A DNA stretch of 64,000 bases from Rhodocyclaceae bacterium (GCA_044220545.1 JBGAQX010000024.1:1771-65770), one strand, 5' to 3'; counted from the first letter of the stretch, positions 37,503 to 45,625 are shown. Notes: generated by a model from the letters alone, not told the origin. Translations and numbers: made by a program.

Positions 37503-39623
37503 CTATTTCTTCAGCAGGGTCGAGGCATGTTCCTTGCCAGCCGCCGACGCCGCCGCGTAGGCCGCCTCGATGGCTTGGTCGGCCGTGGCGAAGATATGCG
37601 GCCGGCCGACGTAATCGAACAGGCCGGTGGCGTGCATGACGTCGAGCACCTGTTTCTTCAGGCCGGAGAACATCACCGTAATGCCGCCGGCGCGCAGGCG
37701 TTCGACCAGGTGGTGCACCACTTCCTCGCCCGAGGCATCCAGCTCGTTGATGCCGTCGCCGACCACCAGCAGGTAGGAGACTTGCGGATTGGCGGCCACG
37801 GCTTCGAGGATGGCATCCTCGAAATAGGCAACGTTGGCGAAGTAGAGGCGACCGTCGAAACGCACGGCGACCACGACCTTCGATTCCGGCAGCTTGTTCA
37901 CCTTGACGTCGCGCAGCGTGCCATCGTGATAGCGGCCGAGGATGGCGACGCGCGGCGACATGGTGCGGTAGAGGTACAGACCGATGGCGAGGCCGGCGCC
38001 GACCATGATGCCCTTGTCGAGATGCGGCGCGAAAGCGAGCGTGGCGACGAAGGTGACGACGGAAGCGATGCCATCGTGCTTGTTGGCCTGCCAGGCATGC
38101 TTGATGGCGCCGAAATTGATCAGGCCGATCACCGCCATGATGATCACGGCGGCGAGCACCGCCTGCGGCAGGTGGTAGAGCAGCGGCGTCAGGAACAACA
38201 GGGTCAGCAGGACGAAGATTGCCGTGATGACCGAGGACATGCCGGTCTTGGCCCCGGCATTGATATTCACCGCCGAGCGCGAGAAGGAGCCCGACACCGG
38301 GAAGGACTGGGTCATGGCGCCGACGATGTTCGACAGGCCCTGGCCGATCAGCTCCTGGTTGGGGTCGATCTTGTCCTTGGTCTTGGCGGCGATGGCCTTG
38401 GCGATGGAGATGGCCTCCATGAAGCCCACCAGCGAGATGACGATGGCGGCGGAAAGCAGGCTGCCGATCATGTCCCAGGAAAACTTGGGAATGCCGATCG
38501 AGGGCAGGCCTTCGGGAATCTTGCCCACCACCTCGCCGCCGCCGGTGAGCTTGAGGCTGCCGCCGGTGGCCTTGGCGATGCGCCAGACGTTGCCGTCGGA
38601 ACTCGTCCCGGCCGGCAGTTTGCCCTGGGCGTAGAACCTGGCCGGCTGACCGTCGGCGCCAGCCACCTGTTCCAGGACAAAGCTGCGCACCGCGCGGTTG
38701 CGGCGGCGATTCTCGTCCTCGCGATCCTTGAGCTGGAGATTCAGCAACTCGATCTCGTAATGCAGCGTCGCAACGTCGTGCCCGACCTCGCCGCCGGCCT
38801 TTTGCAGCTTCTTCAACTCGCCGCTCTTGGCGGCGATCTGCTCGGCAAGCTCCCTGGCCCGCGCCTCGGTGCGGACGAACTCGGCCAGCAGGGTTTGCGC
38901 CTCCGGCTCGGCGATCTGCTCCAGCGTCGCCGTGGCGTTGCGCTCGAAGCCGATTTGCCAGGAAACGATCGTGGTCACGGCGACGGCGATCAGCACGCCC
39001 GGCAGTTTGGGCGCCTTCTTGCGAATGACCCACATGATGGCGATGGCCGCCACGCCCATGACCAGCGTCGGCAGGTGAGTGTCGCCGACCAGCTTGGCCA
39101 CGCCCCAGATGTCGTTGATGAAGGACTCGGAACGGCCCATGGGCACGCCGATGATCTTGTTGACCTGCGACAGGCCGATGATCATGGCCGCCGCGTTGGT
39201 GAAGCCGACGATGACCGGGTGGGAGAGGAAATTCACCACCACGCCGAGCTTGAATACACCCAGCGCCAACTGGACGATGCCGACCATCAGCGCCAGCATG
39301 ATCGCCAGGACGACGAACTGTTCGGAGCCCGGCGCGGCCAGCGGCGTCAACGACGAAGCCGTCAGGAGCGAGGCCACCGCTACCGGCCCGGTGCCAAGCT
39401 GATTGGAGGACCCCCACAGCGCCGCCACCGCCACCGGCAGGAAGGCGGCATAGAGGCCGTAGTACGGCGGCAGGCCGGCCAGTTGCGCGTAGGCCATCGA
39501 CTGCGGTACCAGCACCAGGGCCACCGTCAAGCCAGCGAGGAAGTCGGCGCGGAAGAGAGTCCCCGAATAGGGAAACCAGCGCAAAAAAGGCAGAAACCGT
39601 TGCAACAAGGGAGGGAGTGTCAT
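37503..39623 (-). CDS. SulP-family anion transporter with C-terminal STAS domain and an approximately 140-aa helical insertion
   Basis: N-terminal SulP signature GLTVALVLVPQSMAYAQLAGLPPYYGLY. STAS-like C-terminus. Charged coiled-coil-like segment about aa 226-365, between SWQIGFE and VVGKIPEGLP. Confidence 0.85.
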   Translation of the reverse strand: MTLPPLLQRFLPFLRWFPYSGTLFRADFLAGLTVALVLVPQSMAYAQLAGLPPYYGLYAAFLPVAVAALWGSSNQLGTGPVAVASLLTASSLTPLAAPGSEQFVVLAIMLALMVGIVQLALGVFKLGVVVNFLSHPVIVGFTNAAAMIIGLSQVNKIIGVPMGRSESFINDIWGVAKLVGDTHLPTLVMGVAAIAIMWVIRKKAPKLPGVLIAVAVTTIVSWQIGFERNATATLEQIAEPEAQTLLAEFVRTEARARELAEQIAAKSGELKKLQKAGGEVGHDVATLHYEIELLNLQLKDREDENRRRNRAVRSFVLEQVAGADGQPARFYAQGKLPAGTSSDGNVWRIAKATGGSLKLTGGGEVVGKIPEGLPSIGIPKFSWDMIGSLLSAAIVISLVGFMEAISIAKAIAAKTKDKIDPNQELIGQGLSNIVGAMTQSFPVSGSFSRSAVNINAGAKTGMSSVITAIFVLLTLLFLTPLLYHLPQAVLAAVIIMAVIGLINFGAIKHAWQANKHDGIASVVTFVATLAFAPHLDKGIMVGAGLAIGLYLYRTMSPRVAILGRYHDGTLRDVKVNKLPESKVVVAVRFDGRLYFANVAYFEDAILEAVAANPQVSYLLVVGDGINELDASGEEVVHHLVERLRAGGITVMFSGLKKQVLDVMHATGLFDYVGRPHIFATADQAIEAAYAAASAAGKEHASTLLKK

Positions 39624-39843
39624 CTCGGGCGGTCGCGGCGGCGCTTGGCGTCACCGTCTTAACGCAATCTTGACGGAGCTTGCCATATTAGCAGGCGACG
39701 ATACTCACCCATCCAAAAGGGTTTTTATTTTCCGATCAGTGGAGCGTATTCCGCATTGCAGCATGCATTCCGCCGGAAGGACGCGATGGGGCGGCGGTCG
39801 GTCGGGCTTCTTGTAGAATGCGCTCCCTTAACGAGGAGCACTC

Positions 39844-40326
39844 ATGCCCGCCGCAAACACGTTCCGCAGCATCTTCGCCTGGATGATGGGCTTTGTCGCC
39901 CTGGTCTGGATCTGGGCGGTGGCCATCATCATGGCTTGGCCGGCGGAAAAGAATCCCCAATGGGAACCGGACTTGCGGCTGGTCGCCCACTGCGCCAACG
40001 GCGAGGCGTGCAGCGTGCCCTACGGCCAGTTGGCGGAGGCCAGGGCCAAGGGTATCTACAAGAGCCTGGTGCCGCCCGAGCCACTCGGCGAAGTGATGGA
40101 AGCCGATGCCTGGCTAAGCTGGAAGACGGCTACCGGCGAGCCCTGGCAGTACGAGGTCAAGCGGTCCTCCTGGCATTTCCAGACCACGCTGCGCTATCGC
40201 TTCGATGGCGAGACGCCAGTGCTGGTGGGCCTGAATCGCTACGACAGCGGGATACTGCTCTATGCGATTCCCGCCGCCTTCTTCACCATCCTCGGGCTGT
40301 TCCTGCGGACCATGCGCGGCGGCTAG
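39844..40326 (+). CDS. Hypothetical membrane protein (N- and C-terminal TM segments)
   Basis: GAGGAG ribosome-binding site 5 nt upstream of the ATG. 160 aa. No family recognised. Confidence 0.55.
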   Translation: MPAANTFRSIFAWMMGFVALVWIWAVAIIMAWPAEKNPQWEPDLRLVAHCANGEACSVPYGQLAEARAKGIYKSLVPPEPLGEVMEADAWLSWKTATGEPWQYEVKRSSWHFQTTLRYRFDGETPVLVGLNRYDSGILLYAIPAAFFTILGLFLRTMRGG

Positions 40327-40344
40327 CGGCGACGCCGGATCGAC

Positions 40345-40896
40345 ATGGGACATCGACTCTCGAAGATCTACACGCGAACCGGCGATGCCGGCACCACCGG
40401 CCTTGGCGATGGTTCCCGGGTCGGCAAGGACGCGCCGCGCATCGCCGCGCTGGGCGATGTCGATGAACTCAATTCGGTGATCGGCCTGTTGCTTTGTGAA
40501 GATCTGCCCGCCGATGTCCGCGCAGCGCTGATCGGCATCCAGCACGACCTGTTCGACCTCGGTGGCGAAATGTCGATTCCCGGCGCCAAACTGGTGGCGG
40601 AAAGCCAGCCAGCCCGCCTGGAGAAGATTCTGGACGGCTGGAACAGCCAGCTCGAACCGCTCAAGGAGTTCATCCTGCCTGGCGGCACGCGCGCCGCCGC
40701 CTTGACCCATCTGGCCCGCACGGTCTGCCGGCGCGCCGAGCGCAGCGTGGTGGCGCTGGCCCACAACGAGGCCGTCTCCGACGCCGGCCGGCAATACCTC
40801 AACCGGCTCTCCGACTTGCTGTTCGTCCTCGGCCGCTGGCTCAACAAGTCGGCCGGTTGCGGCGACGTGCTCTGGCAGAAGGGCAAGAACGCTTGA
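40345..40896 (+). CDS. PduO-type ATP:cob(I)alamin adenosyltransferase
   Basis: N-terminus KIYTRTGDAGTTGL...DELNSVIG and FILPGG motif. Confidence 0.9.
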   Translation: MGHRLSKIYTRTGDAGTTGLGDGSRVGKDAPRIAALGDVDELNSVIGLLLCEDLPADVRAALIGIQHDLFDLGGEMSIPGAKLVAESQPARLEKILDGWNSQLEPLKEFILPGGTRAAALTHLARTVCRRAERSVVALAHNEAVSDAGRQYLNRLSDLLFVLGRWLNKSAGCGDVLWQKGKNA

Positions 40897-40933
40897 GCTT
40901 CACCAGCGCAAGCACCCTTTGACACCGCCATTT

Positions 40934-40972
40934 ACCATGAAATATCGGACTATTAGTCCGATATTTCATGGT
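40934..40972. repeat. Perfect 18-bp inverted repeat with a 3-nt centre (ACCATGAAATATCGGACT att AGTCCGATATTTCATGGT)
   Basis: Seen directly. AT-rich, 12 nt upstream of the DUF4143 ATPase ATG and 38 nt after the adenosyltransferase stop. Confidence 0.7.
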
Positions 40973-40983
40973 ACAGTCGCCGC

Positions 40984-42168
40984 ATGTTGCCCCGAACCGG
41001 ACACCTCCAGTCCATCACCCACCAGTTTCGCCAGTTCCCCGTGCTCGCCCTGCTGGGGCCACGACAAGTGGGCAAGACCACGCTGGCGAAACAATTGGCC
41101 GCCGACTGGGCGGGCCCGACCCATTTCTTCGACCTCGAAGACCCGCAAGACCAGGCTCGCCTCTCCGACCCCTCGTTCGTCCTTCGCCCGCTGACCGGGC
41201 TGGTGGTTCTGGATGAAATACAGACTCGACCGGACCTGTTTCCCCTGCTGCGCGTACTGGCCGATCGTCATGACCCATCGACCCGCTTCCTGATTCTGGG
41301 CAGCGCCGCACCGGAACTGCTCCGGCACACAGCGGAGACTTTGGCCGGACGGGTCGGCTTCCACGAACTGGACGGATTGGGTCTCGACGAACTTGCGCCC
41401 GGCCGGATCGACGACCGCTGGCTGCGGGGCGGCTTTCCGCGCGCCTTCCTTGCCGACGATTTGCCGGCCAGCCTCGCCTGGCGCGAAGCCTTCATCCGCA
41501 CCTACCTGGAAAGAGATCTGCCGCAACTCGGCATCAACCTGCCGGCGCTCACGCTGCGCCGCTTCTGGACCATGCTCGGCCACTACCACGGACAAACCTG
41601 GAATGGCAGCGAACTGGCCCGCGCGCTGGGGGTGAGCGACAAGACCGTATCGCGTTACCTGGATATCCTCGAAGGAACCTTCATGGCCTGGCGCTTGCGG
41701 CCCTGGCATACCAATCTGGGCAAGCGGGAAGTCAAGGCCCCCAAGGTCTATCTGGCCGATACCGGCTTGTTGCACAGTCTGCTCGGAATTGCCGGCGAGC
41801 GGGACTTGCTGGCGCACCCGAAATGCGGCGCGTCGTGGGAGGGTTTCGTTCTCCATGAAATCCTGCGAAAGGCGGGCGTCGGCCGCGACCAGGCATTCTT
41901 CTGGGGCGTGCATACCGGCGCCGAACTCGATTTACTGCTCGTTCGGGATGGCCGCCGCCTGGGCTTCGAGGTGAAACTGACCCGCTCTCCCGCCGTTACC
42001 CCATCGATGCGTTCCGCCCGCGACGCACTGGAACTCGATCACCTCCACGTCGTCTGCCACGGCGACGGCGAGCCCTGGCCGCTCAGCGAGCGCATCAGTG
42101 CTTTGCCATTGTCGGCGCTGGCCGGCATGGCTCCCGAAATGCTCTGGAAAATGGACGGCAACCCATGA
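40984..42168 (+). CDS. AAA+ ATPase with DUF4143 C-terminal domain (COG1373-like)
   Basis: Walker A LLGPRQVGKTT and Walker B-like VVLDEIQ. Overall length and layout are typical of this family. Confidence 0.8.
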   Translation: MLPRTGHLQSITHQFRQFPVLALLGPRQVGKTTLAKQLAADWAGPTHFFDLEDPQDQARLSDPSFVLRPLTGLVVLDEIQTRPDLFPLLRVLADRHDPSTRFLILGSAAPELLRHTAETLAGRVGFHELDGLGLDELAPGRIDDRWLRGGFPRAFLADDLPASLAWREAFIRTYLERDLPQLGINLPALTLRRFWTMLGHYHGQTWNGSELARALGVSDKTVSRYLDILEGTFMAWRLRPWHTNLGKREVKAPKVYLADTGLLHSLLGIAGERDLLAHPKCGASWEGFVLHEILRKAGVGRDQAFFWGVHTGAELDLLLVRDGRRLGFEVKLTRSPAVTPSMRSARDALELDHLHVVCHGDGEPWPLSERISALPLSALAGMAPEMLWKMDGNP

Positions 42169-42347
42169 ATCCACTGGCCCGCCTTTTCGCCGGTCGTTTC
42201 CGTCTGGCGGGCCTGGTGCTGATCGCCTATCTCGCCATCAACACGCTGGTGCGTCTGGGCCTGGTCGGCTTCAACGGTGACTGGTCGTTGCTGTCGCCGA
42301 CCACCCTGGCGCCGATCCTGGCCATCGGCATCCTGCGCCGGCCTTAA
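42165..42347 (+). pseudogene. 60-codon remnant resembling the N-terminal TM region of a larger membrane enzyme (sulfatase/LTA-synthase-like), truncated at the hicAB islet
   Basis: ATGA overlap with the ATPase stop. Two TM-like segments, then a stop exactly where G+C drops. The family resemblance is from memory only. Confidence 0.3.
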
Positions 42348-42459
42348 GCCAGGCCAAATCCGCTTAACTCGCCATGGGCGACCCACACCACATTGACATT
42401 CCAGCTTCTTGAATTCTCACTACTTGTGAAGTGATATTGCCCGCAGTATCATCCGGAGC

Positions 42460-42687
42460 ATGAATACTGCCGCAAAACTGCTTCAAGCCATGCGTAGCAA
42501 TCCACTCGACTGGAAGCTGGCGCAGCTTCAAACAGTGGCGCGCCAGAACGGAATCGACTGGCGGCACGTTGGAACGAGTCACTGCGTGTTTGTGCGCTCT
42601 GATGGCAAGACGCTTCCCGTTCCGGCCCGGCGACCGATCAAGGCGATCTACGTCAAGAAGTTCCTGGAACTCGTTGAAGGAGCATGA
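42460..42687 (+). CDS. hicA: HicA-family mRNA-interferase toxin
   Basis: 75 aa. ...GTSHCVFVRSDGKTLPVPARRPIKAIYVKKF is typical of HicA. Followed 3 nt later by hicB. Confidence 0.8.
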   Translation: MNTAAKLLQAMRSNPLDWKLAQLQTVARQNGIDWRHVGTSHCVFVRSDGKTLPVPARRPIKAIYVKKFLELVEGA

Positions 42688-42690
42688 ACC

Positions 42691-43050
42691 ATGGGAAAGA
42701 AGGTTGACTACCCGTTTGAAATCCGCCCGCTGTCGGCCGAGGAAGGCGGGGGCTTTCTAATTTCGTACCCTGATTTCTCGGAGTGCCTGTCCGATGGCGA
42801 AACAGTCGAGGAAGCGCTCGCGAACGGGAAGGACGCTTTGAAGGCAACGATTGCCGCGCTCAAAGCGAAGGAGCTACCAATTCCTGCCCCGAATAGTGGG
42901 GGTGTCGCATCTGGAAAATTTGTCGCTCGCGTTCCAAAGACGGTCCACGCACGGTTGGCTACACGTGCAAAGGCGGAGGGTGTGTCACTGAATACCCTGG
43001 TACTAACATTCATCGCGGAAGGTCTTGGGCGCAAGGAACGGCACGCGTAG
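42691..43050 (+). CDS. hicB: HicB-family antitoxin with C-terminal RHH-like DNA-binding tail
   Basis: FLISYPDFSECLSDGETVEEALANGKDAL (HicB fold) followed by FVARVPKTVHARLATRAKAEGVSLNTLV. Confidence 0.85.
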   Translation: MGKKVDYPFEIRPLSAEEGGGFLISYPDFSECLSDGETVEEALANGKDALKATIAALKAKELPIPAPNSGGVASGKFVARVPKTVHARLATRAKAEGVSLNTLVLTFIAEGLGRKERHA

Positions 43051-44400
43051 TTGCAATGCGGCCGAATCAGGCAAGGGCCGGCTTCCAGCCGGCCCTGAAT
43101 CGACCACCGGTAGCGTCAGCCACGCCTCCAGCCCGCCACCGGGGCGCGCCCGGAGTTCCACCGTCCACCCGTTTGCCTCGGCGAGTTGCCGCACGATCGC
43201 CAGGCCGAGTCCCGCACCCCCCTTGGCCGGGCTGCGCGCGCTGTCGAGACGGACGAATGGCTCGAACACCACGCCCAGCCGATCCTCCGGAATGCCGGAA
43301 CCACGGTCGAGCACGCCGATGCGCACCCGGTCGCCGACCGGTTCCGCGACCAGCTCTATCGGCTCGCCGCCGGCGTGGCGCCGTGCATTGTCGAGCAGGT
43401 TGCCGATGGCGCGGCGCAACGCCGTGGGCCGCACGCGCAACCCGGCGGAAGGACAGCGTATGACCACATCCCCATCGTTCCCGGCCAGTTCGGCGAGCAG
43501 CTCGGGCAGCGCCACGTCGGCCAGCGGTTCGCGCGCCAGCCCCCGGGCCAGATCCAGCACGTTGCCGATCAGGCGATCCATTTCCTCGACATCCGCCTCC
43601 AGTCGCGCCAGAACCTTCGGGTTGGGCCGTTCCTCGATCAGCGCCAGGGCCACGCGCATCCGCGCCAGGGGCGTGCGCAGGTCGTGGGAAACACCGGCAA
43701 GAAGGGTCGTGCGCGCCACCAGCAGGTCCTGGACTTGCCGGGCCATGACGTTGAAGCGCCGCGCCAGCGCGGCCAGTTCGCGCGGCCCGGTTTCCGGCAG
43801 CAATGCCGGTACCTCGCCACGACCCACATGCGTCGCCGCCTGCTCAAGGCGAGCCAGCGGCCCCACCGCCCGCCGCGCCAGCCAGGCCGCGCCGAGCAGC
43901 GCCAGGATCAGGCCACCCGCCAGCGAGACGAGAAACGTCCGTACCGGCTGGGCGCCGACGCGGTTCTCGGGAAAGCCAACCGAGAGCGCCCCCTCGCCGG
44001 AAGGCAGCAAGGTCCAGTACCACTCCTCGCCGCCGATGACTTCCCGCACCAGGTGCCGGCGGCTGCCGGTCTTTTCCGCCAGAGCGTCTTCAAGAAAGTA
44101 GAGGTATGGACCATGGCGGGCCTCCGGACCTATCCGCGGCGGCTCGGCGCGCAACGCCAGTTGCTGGTTGCGGGCCAGCGCCAGCTCGAAAGCCGGCCGC
44201 GTCTCGGGCGGCAGTTCGCTCCAGGTCTGCGCCGACAGCACCATCAGGCCCGCGAGATCGGCGGCCGCGCGGCGCGCCATCGGCACCATGAGGAATGTCA
44301 CCACCGCGACGGCCATCAGCAACTCGAATGCCACGAACACCACGGCCAGCAGGATCGCGTATTGGCGGGCGAGGCTAATGCCGCCGGGCCGGGGTTTCAC
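43003..44400 (-). CDS. EnvZ-like sensor histidine kinase (2 TM, HAMP, HisKA, HATPase)
   Basis: H-box AGVSHDLRTPL and G-boxes DRGSGIP, GGAGLGLAI. The last roughly 35 codons run into the hicB 3' end (48-nt convergent overlap) and look like a non-native tail. Confidence 0.85.
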   Translation of the reverse strand: MKPRPGGISLARQYAILLAVVFVAFELLMAVAVVTFLMVPMARRAAADLAGLMVLSAQTWSELPPETRPAFELALARNQQLALRAEPPRIGPEARHGPYLYFLEDALAEKTGSRRHLVREVIGGEEWYWTLLPSGEGALSVGFPENRVGAQPVRTFLVSLAGGLILALLGAAWLARRAVGPLARLEQAATHVGRGEVPALLPETGPRELAALARRFNVMARQVQDLLVARTTLLAGVSHDLRTPLARMRVALALIEERPNPKVLARLEADVEEMDRLIGNVLDLARGLAREPLADVALPELLAELAGNDGDVVIRCPSAGLRVRPTALRRAIGNLLDNARRHAGGEPIELVAEPVGDRVRIGVLDRGSGIPEDRLGVVFEPFVRLDSARSPAKGGAGLGLAIVRQLAEANGWTVELRARPGGGLEAWLTLPVVDSGPAGSRPLPDSAALQLRVPFLAPKTFRDEC

Positions 44401-45119
44401 GGCTGCACACCCAGCGGATTGAACAGATAGCCCTCGCCGCGGATGGTACGAACATAGGCGGGCGCCGCGGGATCGGTCTCGATCTTGCGCCGCAGCCGGG
44501 TGACGCGGATATCCACGCTGCGATCGAAGGGATCACGGTCGTAGCCCTTCAGCAGATCCACCAGGGTATCGCGCGACAGCACCCGATTGGGGCGCTCAAC
44601 GAAGATGCGCAACAGCTCGAACTCGGCGCCGGTAAGGCGCACCTCGACGCCATCGCGCAGCAAACGATGGGCCAGCGGATCGAGCAGGAAAGGTCCGAAG
44701 CGATGCTGCTCCGCCGCCGACCCGGACATTGCCGCGGAGCCGGGTCGAACCCTGCGCAGCAGAGCCCGCAAGCGTGCCAGAAGTTCGCGCGGGCTGAATG
44801 GCTTGGCCAGATAATCGTCGGCGCCGACTTCGAGGCCGACCACGCGGTCGATCTCCTCGCCGCGCGCCGAGAGCATCAGGATCGGCATCTCCGAACGGCC
44901 GCGCAGTTCGCGAGCCAGCGACAGGCCATCTTCCCCTGGCAGCATCACATCCAGAACCACGGCATCGGCGGCGGCATGCGCCAAGGCGCGGCGCATCGCC
45001 GCGCCATCACCGACCGTCGTCACCGAAAAGCCGTTGCCGCTCAGGTAGTCGGACAACAACTCGCAAAGCGCCGGATCGTCGTCGACGACGAGAATGTGCG
45101 CCGCGTTTGATGGTGTCAT
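44397..45119 (-). CDS. OmpR/PhoB-family response regulator
   Basis: REC (ILVVDDD...VLDVMLPGEDG) plus winged-helix (RVLSRDTL...IRTIRGEGY). ATGA overlap with the kinase gene. Confidence 0.9.
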   Translation of the reverse strand: MTPSNAAHILVVDDDPALCELLSDYLSGNGFSVTTVGDGAAMRRALAHAAADAVVLDVMLPGEDGLSLARELRGRSEMPILMLSARGEEIDRVVGLEVGADDYLAKPFSPRELLARLRALLRRVRPGSAAMSGSAAEQHRFGPFLLDPLAHRLLRDGVEVRLTGAEFELLRIFVERPNRVLSRDTLVDLLKGYDRDPFDRSVDIRVTRLRRKIETDPAAPAYVRTIRGEGYLFNPLGVQP

Positions 45120-45160
45120 TTTGTCAGTCTAGCGCAATCGCCCACCCCGTCGAGCGACAG

Positions 45161-45185
45161 GAAACGCCCGGAAACAAACTGAAAC
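45161..45185. promoter_or_regulatory. Three direct GAAAC repeats at exact 10-bp phasing in the divergent promoter region; candidate OmpR-family response-regulator box
   Basis: GAAAC at 45161, 45171 and 45181, between the response-regulator gene (start 45119, minus strand) and the gene starting at 45265 (plus strand). Confidence 0.3.
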
Positions 45186-45264
45186 ACGCCGTCGCCGCGC
45201 GGACATTCCCCGGTGACGGTAGCGGCCGAGAATTGCGTCATCCCGTCAGGTTCCGAGGTTCGCA

Positions 45265-45591
45265 ATGTCCCGCCGCCGTTTCATGTTCCATCTGATCGCC
45301 GTGGTCGCCGTGGTCATCCTGAACGTGCCGCGCCCAGCGGAGCCGGCGGAGCAAACCGCCTGGATGGAGCAAGGACAGCGGCCACTCAACCTCTCCCTGC
45401 CACGCGATACGGTGTTTCCGGATCGTCCCGTGCAACCGTCGGGCGTCGATCGTCCGCGCGGCAACTGGTTTGGTGAAGGCGCGCAGTCGGATTCGCCGGC
45501 GCGGCAATCAGCGGGGCGGCCCTACGGGACCGGCTTCGAAGCCCGGCAACGGAGTATGACTGGCGGCGGTCGCGGCCAGCGAGGGCGATGA
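45265..45591 (+). CDS. Hypothetical exported protein (108 aa)
   Basis: GAGG ribosome-binding site upstream, N-terminal hydrophobic segment, Arg/Gly-rich tail. No family recognised. Confidence 0.45.
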   Translation: MSRRRFMFHLIAVVAVVILNVPRPAEPAEQTAWMEQGQRPLNLSLPRDTVFPDRPVQPSGVDRPRGNWFGEGAQSDSPARQSAGRPYGTGFEARQRSMTGGGRGQRGR

Positions 45592-45625
45592 ATTTCAATT
45601 CCAGTTCAACTGAAAGGGGCAACAA

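Noticed and set aside
36001-39654. 1217-aa minus-strand ORF suggesting a giant fusion protein
   Set aside because: The N-terminal roughly 730 codons are an alternative frame of sulP (Arg/Gly-rich). The NuoM-like protein begins at ATG 37464 with a normal TM1. The same logic applies to 21255-23483, 23368-24426, 16130-16906, 16641-17564 and 55113-59327.
40934-40972. Palindrome as a rho-independent terminator of the adenosyltransferase gene
   Set aside because: The stem is AT-rich and is not followed by a T-tract on either strand. Its position hugging the next start codon fits an operator better.
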